A DNA stretch of 64,000 bases from a virus, in IMG/VR virus record IMGVR_UViG_3300032323_003835, positions 47,206 to 111,205 of that record, one strand, 5' to 3'. The position numbers and the translations under genes are program-made. The notes under the pieces are model-generated. The model searched no databases, had not been told where the DNA came from, and worked only from the letters and a program-made list of their open reading frames with translations. Shown here one piece after another: positions 58,614 through 64,000 of the stretch (position 1 is the stretch's first letter; each line of letters opens with the position of its first letter).

Positions 58614-58732
58614 GTGTGTGGTTTACTTTTATAGACTCAATAGATAAATTAGTTACCCGGAAATTTAAAACGTGCCCACAAAAAAGGCTTAGAGTTTATC
58701 TAAGCCTTTTCTTTTTATGTTTGATCTAATTT

Positions 58733-59287
58733 TTATTTGAAAATTACTCTTCTTGGGAAAGGTGTTCCACTTTGAGCAGCTTCGATAAATTCAGGTTCAA
58801 ATGTATATGAATCAAAAGATTCAGCCGCATCGCTGTCAAAATTTTCTGGTCCATTATAGATCTGATCGCATTGCTCTTTCATTGAAACCTCAATGTCAGC
58901 AGGATCGATTGAAGGATTGACGAACAATCTCACAATACCATCTCTTCTGTCCTGTCCAAATTGTGTTTTAAGTTTGCTCGAATAGATAGATTTGTCAGGA
59001 GCAGTGTAAGCACCATTTTGATCCCCGCCAAATATGTTCTCTGCAATATCTTCCATGTTATCTAAAGGCTCTTCCCCTTCCATTTCATAACCAGAAGGAA
59101 TTGGTGATCCTGCAGGTACATATTGGAAGATATATGTCATTGGAGCAATAAAATCACCGGCAAAGTCTTCCGCGAATTTGTCAGGATTTTTTAAAATGCC
59201 TGTCCAGTCTCCAGTAACTAATAATTGTGCTGGGGTTTCCTGGGACATCTCCTGATCCCATGCTTCGAATAATTTAACGTGTTTCAT
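58733..59287 (-). CDS. Acidic hypothetical protein with MKHVKLFE N-terminus
   Basis: Start at 59287; AGATATATAAA upstream; terminator at 58677-58710. Confidence 0.7.
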   Translation of the reverse strand: MKHVKLFEAWDQEMSQETPAQLLVTGDWTGILKNPDKFAEDFAGDFIAPMTYIFQYVPAGSPIPSGYEMEGEEPLDNMEDIAENIFGGDQNGAYTAPDKSIYSSKLKTQFGQDRRDGIVRLFVNPSIDPADIEVSMKEQCDQIYNGPENFDSDAAESFDSYTFEPEFIEAAQSGTPFPRRVIFK

Positions 59288-59391
59288 TTTTTTGTTATTT
59301 AGTTTATATATCTTTTTCACTTTACTGTTCTAAAGATTTATTTTACATTCCTGTTGGATTTTATAGGGTTGAATTCTATATATCAAATGTA

Positions 59392-59727
59392 TTATCTCCA
59401 ATAATCATTACCATAAACATCTCCTCCATCCTCAAGTTCTCTGGCTTTGATCATTTTTTGATTTCTCTGCTCTGCTTTTATCTCTTCTTTTTGATCGGGA
59501 GGCAATGAATTAACCCACCTCATAATTTTATCAGATCTTCTTTTTCGGCTTCTAGGAGTTGGTGCATTACGTGCGTAACCTATTAGATCTAACCATTTCT
59601 CTGTTATGGATTGTTTAGAGTGATTAATTATCATCCCGAACATGTAATCAAAATCCTCTTCTGAATGAGACAGGGATCCAGTATGGCTGTCATCGTCCCA
59701 ATTTTCGTATAATTTAATGTGTTTCAT
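59392..59727 (-). CDS. Hypothetical protein with MKHIKLYE N-terminus
   Basis: AGATATATAAT upstream. Confidence 0.7.
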   Translation of the reverse strand: MKHIKLYENWDDDSHTGSLSHSEEDFDYMFGMIINHSKQSITEKWLDLIGYARNAPTPRSRKRRSDKIMRWVNSLPPDQKEEIKAEQRNQKMIKARELEDGGDVYGNDYWR

Positions 59728-59769
59728 TTTTTAATACTATTAGATTATATATCTAAATTCAAAGGGGCA

Positions 59770-60213
59770 TTAAGTCGTAGCATTTTTTAATAGAGAGGAT
59801 GAGGATTGAATCTTTTCACCCATGCTATCTTCCATCCTTATGCCCAGCCATAAACATATCTCCCACTCTGCCACGTTCCGAGAGAATTGGTCCCCTCCGT
59901 TAACAAATACAAAACTCAAAGGATGTTGGTCGTATATTCCCTTATACTTGTAATAGACCATCTCTAAACTTTTTCTCACTGTCCGGTCCCTATCTATAGA
60001 GAGTTCGACGTGGTCCACCGCCCGTAAAGCTCCAATGATTCTAATCCTTTCTTCTTCGTCCTGAAATGCCTTAGATCCCTTTAGTTCCCTTTGCAGATCA
60101 TTATTAACAATAACCACAAGAATGTCTGAGATTCCCTTTGCTCTTTCAAAAAGATCGAGATGTCCTTTATGTACCGGGTTAAAGTAACCGCTGGCTATCG
60201 AGATGATTTTCAT
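59770..60213 (-). CDS. Cytidylyltransferase-like nucleotidyltransferase (TagD/RfaE-like)
   Basis: SGYFNPVHKGH, VNND, LKG, ER, NGGD, SSS. Confidence 0.85.
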   Translation of the reverse strand: MKIISIASGYFNPVHKGHLDLFERAKGISDILVVIVNNDLQRELKGSKAFQDEEERIRIIGALRAVDHVELSIDRDRTVRKSLEMVYYKYKGIYDQHPLSFVFVNGGDQFSRNVAEWEICLWLGIRMEDSMGEKIQSSSSLLKNATT

Positions 60214-60393
60214 ACCAAGGGGGATTGATTCTCCATTCTTATCTTAAGGGTTCTTAGCTCCCTTTCCCTGCTCCCTATCTCCTCCCTGATTCTTCTGGAG
60301 ATGTCTTTCTCATTTATCCTAATTGAATGATCCAGAAGATCCTTGAGATTACGAATCTGGGTCATGAGTTCTACCATTTGTGCTCTCATCCCT

Positions 60394-60609
60394 TTATCCG
60401 TTCATCTTGTAGTGAAACTCCTTGAGGATCTCTTCGACTTCATCCTCCGTTCCATCTCTGTCTTTCCAAGAGATATCTTCCGCGGTGGCATTCCAATCAT
60501 CCCAGTCATTCCAATTAGCTGTGATTGTGAATTCTTTTCCGTCTTCCGTTTGCCCGTCGAAGTCCATCGTCTTCGATATTAGTCTGGCAGAATCGTAATC
60601 AATTTGCAT
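60394..60609 (-). CDS. Acidic hypothetical protein
   Basis: Early-type promoter at ~60632-60667. Confidence 0.55.
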   Translation of the reverse strand: MQIDYDSARLISKTMDFDGQTEDGKEFTITANWNDWDDWNATAEDISWKDRDGTEDEVEEILKEFHYKMNG

Positions 60610-60695
60610 GTGCGATTTGTTTATTAGTTTATGCTAATATAAAAAGAATCCCCGAAAAATAAAAACGCGGGGATAACTTCCGAATATATAATTAT

Positions 60696-61541
60696 ATGGG
60701 AAAAAGAGTATTTTTATTGGGTGATTCCTTCACAGAAAATTTATATCAAACCCAATTGGAGGTTAGAAATACAGGAGGTCCTAGAATTGGAGAAATTCGT
60801 AAATATATTGATTATGTAATAGAGAACACTGGGGAGTGTCCATTATACTTTGACGACTGGCTTAGGAAATGGGGATACGAGGTTCACAACTTTGGAATGG
60901 GTGGTTGTTCCATTCACCATATATTTAATCAATTTGCACAGATTGATTCTGAATTTAGACCTGGCGATAGACTGATTGTGAATTGGACAGATCCTCAACG
61001 ATTGGATTGGCTTAGAGGTGATGGCAGGATTTCAACACTAGGTCCCAATCAATACGCCGAAGAGCCTAAGGTCATGCGTGCAATCCAGGATCAATTGATT
61101 CTTCGAATGAAATCAATACAGAATGAGGATGGGTATGGATACCTTAGAAATCAAACACTGTTTTTTGCATCAAAACTTGTAGACCTACACGCTAAATATA
61201 AGCCTATTCAATGGTCTCCTTTTGGTGATATATCAGAGGCTCTTCAAAGTTATGTGTGGTATTTCTTTGAACCACATCACAGAATGTTTAAAGATTTCAT
61301 ACCAGAGTGGGATATGCTTTTTATTGACTCAGAGACAGGCGGGATTTGTAACGATAAGCACTATTCCAGATTGGGTAACTATTATGTAGCTCTGGCATTT
61401 AAAACTATCATGGAAGAAGGAGATGAATTTAATGGTGATTGGAAAAATGAATCGCTATTAGAAAAAGTGTCTAGTGTGTTTAAGAATAACCCTCCCAATT
61501 TTGCTCCTATCAATTGGAAATTAAAAATTGCTAGAGGGTAA
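60696..61541 (+). CDS. SGNH/GDSL-like protein, paralog of 16219..17064
   Basis: LGDSF, GDRLIVNWT, DKHYSRLGNY. Confidence 0.6.
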   Translation: MGKRVFLLGDSFTENLYQTQLEVRNTGGPRIGEIRKYIDYVIENTGECPLYFDDWLRKWGYEVHNFGMGGCSIHHIFNQFAQIDSEFRPGDRLIVNWTDPQRLDWLRGDGRISTLGPNQYAEEPKVMRAIQDQLILRMKSIQNEDGYGYLRNQTLFFASKLVDLHAKYKPIQWSPFGDISEALQSYVWYFFEPHHRMFKDFIPEWDMLFIDSETGGICNDKHYSRLGNYYVALAFKTIMEEGDEFNGDWKNESLLEKVSSVFKNNPPNFAPINWKLKIARG

Positions 61542-61570
61542 CGGATATATAAATAAGTAAATTAAAAAAA

Positions 61571-62062
61571 ATGAAACACGTTAAACTTTACGAATCTTGG
61601 GACGAAGGCCAAGACAATTACCCTGATCCTGCAGTACTATCCCCCGATGAATTTGAGGCTGAAATAGAAAAAGCAATCCAAATGGAGGATCCAGTGGCAG
61701 GTGCTTTACGCATTCAGAAATTGATCAGAAATCTAAAAGATGCCCCGGAGGATATGAAGGTTTACAATTCAGTTAGAAAATATAAAGATTATACAGAAGG
61801 ATTAACTCCTCAGCAAAGGGAAGATATTAAAAAAGCTTTGGCATCTACTAAGAAATCCGAGGCGGATTGGGAAGCTGATGCAAATATATTGGAACCAAAA
61901 CTCAGATCTGCATTAAAGGCACAAAGAGACGATTTACTTTCTAAGCTCGATAAAAAGAATGATCAGGATCCGATGGAAAGAAACAAACAGCATAAATCTG
62001 ATATTCTTGATAAATTTGCAGCGGGCGAGATCACTAAAGAAGAAGCTTTAGCAGCATTATAA
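61571..62062 (+). CDS. Hypothetical protein with MKHVKLYE N-terminus
   Basis: GGATATATAAAT upstream; bidirectional terminator at 62074-62107. Confidence 0.7.
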   Translation: MKHVKLYESWDEGQDNYPDPAVLSPDEFEAEIEKAIQMEDPVAGALRIQKLIRNLKDAPEDMKVYNSVRKYKDYTEGLTPQQREDIKKALASTKKSEADWEADANILEPKLRSALKAQRDDLLSKLDKKNDQDPMERNKQHKSDILDKFAAGEITKEEALAAL

Positions 62063-62126
62063 CTACACAAAACAAAAAAAAGACCTAGAGAAATCTAGGT
62101 CTTTTTTGTGGAATTGGTTAGACGAA

Positions 62127-62510
62127 CTATTTATAATAGGAGTCTGGGGCTTCTATAACCCATAGAGGAGGATCTATACCCATTCTAACCAATCCTGCCA
62201 ATCTAGTATTACCTGACATGAGATCATAGTAATGATCGCTAAACTTAACCACGATGGGCAATTCAACCTTGCATTCCCTTATTGCTTTTTTAAAGCGTAA
62301 TTTCTTTGGTTCTTCCAATGAGTCAAAGTCCAAATCGACATTTCCTAATATCTCCTTGATCTCCGAATATTTTATTACATGTCCGCATGTAGCTAAATCC
62401 AGCCATTTTTCCTTTCCCACCTCTTCGAATTCTGGATATCTAATGGCTTCTTCCCATTCTAAATCGAAATTGGGTACTTTAAATTTGAGTCCTAGTGTTT
62501 CGTTTTTCAT
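62127..62510 (-). CDS. ParB/Srx-like N-terminal domain protein
   Basis: LPIVVK....YDLMSGNTRL motif; start taken at 62510. Confidence 0.5.
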   Translation of the reverse strand: MKNETLGLKFKVPNFDLEWEEAIRYPEFEEVGKEKWLDLATCGHVIKYSEIKEILGNVDLDFDSLEEPKKLRFKKAIRECKVELPIVVKFSDHYYDLMSGNTRLAGLVRMGIDPPLWVIEAPDSYYK

Positions 62511-62594
62511 TGGTATAAATTTATTGAAGGTATGCGGAATAATAAAATGCGTCATTATATATGGTAGGAGTAAAATTTTATTTACTTTTGAAAC

Positions 62595-62960
62595 ATGGCA
62601 GGACATTCACACAGACACATAGGGGATATCGAGGATCTGTATTACGTGGATCAAGAAAATGGATTTATTATAGTTTATAATTATGCATATAACAAAGGTG
62701 TTGTTCACGGTAAAGGTGGAAAGGTAGAGTTAAAAAGCTATTCTAGAATCACTATAGATATTAGTCTAGAAAATGGTAAGACTAGTAACAGACACACTGC
62801 AGTATACTATAAAAAACATGAGCCGGGAAATAAATTGATTACCAGATATTACTTCACTAAAAATGTTGGAAGTTCTATGGATATAGATCTTTCACCCGTT
62901 CCTAAAGATCTGTACGTAATAGAGAACGATTGCATGATTTGGGAAAGTATCCAGTCCTAA
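62595..62960 (+). CDS. Hypothetical protein
   Basis: 121-aa ORF. Confidence 0.5.
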   Translation: MAGHSHRHIGDIEDLYYVDQENGFIIVYNYAYNKGVVHGKGGKVELKSYSRITIDISLENGKTSNRHTAVYYKKHEPGNKLITRYYFTKNVGSSMDIDLSPVPKDLYVIENDCMIWESIQS

Positions 62961-63017
62961 CTTCGCAATAGGAACTATAATTACTTTAGATATATAAATA
63001 AAAAATAACAAAAAGTT

Positions 63018-64000
63018 ATGCAAAACAAGATTATGAACTTCAATGAGTTCTCTAGAGTTTATGAATCAAACTCGTATCTCACTGAAGAGGAAGCAGCAGC
63101 TCCACCTAAAGACAATGCAGAAACCGCAGTGGTTTCCGACGACGGATCCATAGGGGTACAGCCATCAGAAATTCTAGATCTTTTAAAAGAACTAGGAGGA
63201 AAAGAAGGCGAGGAAAAAGTAGAATCTACACCAGACGAAGAAACTCCAAACGAATCCCTAGTTGAACAGGAGGCAGTTAGCACACTTAAGGTTGCTAAAA
63301 TGGGAGAAAAAAGTGAAAGAGTAAAACAAATACAAAGCCTCTTAGGTCTTAAACCAAGCGGTAATTTCGATCAAGCTACTAAAGATAGCGTTATGAAATT
63401 CCAAACTGAACAGAAGAAAAAAGATTCAACAATTGTAGTTGATGGTATCGTTGGTGTTCAAACATATGGTTTAATGCTTAGAGTTAAAAAAGGAATGACT
63501 AGTAAGAGTGATATAGCAACCATGATAGATAAATTCCAAAAATCTGGTAAGACCGTGGTTTCTGTTGCTCCAGCAGGAAAAAACATAGCTCTTGATCCTA
63601 GATTGTATGAGGTTTTCGAAAAAATAGAAATCGTTACTAACAACGGAACAACCTACGTGGTAGCTACTCCTAGAAGAGATGCAGCAACCAAAGTCGCTGA
63701 ATTAAAGAAAGCGGGATTATTAGGCTCTGATTTCTCTTGGCTATTAGCAGTTCCTGCAGCTATTGGTAAAGCTATAGTATACACCGCAATCGGGGCAGTA
63801 GTTATTCAAGTAGAAATTGCTAAAGCAATGGTAAATGCTGCTATCGCAGCAGGTGCATATGTAGGTCAAGCATCAATGGCAGTTGCATCCAATATAGCTT
63901 ACGGGGTTGCTCAAATTGGTAACTGGGTTAAAGCTAAAGGAGTACAAGCTTGGGCCACTCTTAAACAAGACGCAAAAGAAGCACTTGCGGTTTGGGCAGG
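63018..64000 (+). CDS. Peptidoglycan-binding-domain protein, partial (runs off window end)
   Basis: Read by eye from ATG 63018: MQNKIMNFNEFSRVYE..., then GEKSERVKQIQSLLG...GNFDQATKDSVMKFQ...VDGIVGVQT (PG_binding_1-like), then an Ala-rich hydrophobic region; AGATATATAAAT upstream. Confidence 0.75.
   Translation, partial: MQNKIMNFNEFSRVYESNSYLTEEEAAAPPKDNAETAVVSDDGSIGVQPSEILDLLKELGGKEGEEKVESTPDEETPNESLVEQEAVSTLKVAKMGEKSERVKQIQSLLGLKPSGNFDQATKDSVMKFQTEQKKKDSTIVVDGIVGVQTYGLMLRVKKGMTSKSDIATMIDKFQKSGKTVVSVAPAGKNIALDPRLYEVFEKIEIVTNNGTTYVVATPRRDAATKVAELKKAGLLGSDFSWLLAVPAAIGKAIVYTAIGAVVIQVEIAKAMVNAAIAAGAYVGQASMAVASNIAYGVAQIGNWVKAKGVQAWATLKQDAKEALAVWA

Larger units (their letters stand above)
6023..63000. 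promoter_or_regulatory. Recurrent late-type promoter motif (G/A)ATATATA
   Basis: Found shortly upstream of starts at e.g. 9101, 15741, 21716, 23694, 26146, 27391, 29262, 29931, 36607, 38533, 52323, 56506, 57524, 59303, 59745, 61543, 62988; resembles the T4 late promoter TATAAATA. Confidence 0.6.

Noticed and set aside
758-63643. Many short ORFs antisense to or nested in longer genes (e.g. 9764..10183, 24709..25278, 43532..44074, 63059..63283)
   Set aside because: Shadow frames of well-supported genes, with no motifs or expression signals
1-64000. Alternative genetic code (stop-codon reassignment), as in some large phages
   Set aside because: Long conserved genes are intact in the standard code, and TAG and TGA end genes at sensible positions
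1-64000. tRNA or rRNA genes
   Set aside because: No cloverleaf or rRNA-like sequence recognised by eye; tRNAscan-SE/Infernal would be needed to exclude them

Overview
This window reads as part of a large, AT-rich, T4-like (jumbo) bacteriophage genome. The host is most likely a Bacteroidota/Flavobacteriia bacterium, judged from TAnnTTTG promoter elements, a phage-encoded ribosomal protein bS21 and Bacteroidota-style secreted proteins. No core capsid, terminase or polymerase gene is in view, so phage identity is inferred. From 1 to 32 kb lie a secreted lipoprotein/beta-barrel/lectin/cohesin-dockerin-like operon, glycan- and lipid-modifying genes (FkbM, carbamoyltransferase, TPP enzyme pair, RmlC, epimerase, GT2, PlcP/LpxH-like), rpsU, cyclophilin, an SpeD-like gene and an expanded LRR-like family. 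From 32.5 to 56.4 kb lies a sharply bounded block of small minus-strand transcription units, each built as promoter, gene(s), terminator. These units are separated by about 39 copies (counted by eye) of a degenerate 16-bp palindrome, GTGAGGGCGCCCTCAC, which I did not see elsewhere in the window. Closely neighbouring copies are mostly 53-55, 64 or 73 bp apart (about 5, 6 or 7 helical turns). A second GC-rich motif and GC-rich non-coding ends also mark this block. Across the window about 20 otherwise diverse proteins share an N-terminal MK(H/Y)(I/L)xx(F/Y)..E peptide, usually behind a (G/A)ATATATA motif, resembling a T4-type capsid-targeting signal. Their cargo includes an ADP-ribosyltransferase-like protein, cell-wall enzymes and LRR proteins with a shared C-terminal ADLGELGF tag. 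All calls were made by eye, without database searches.
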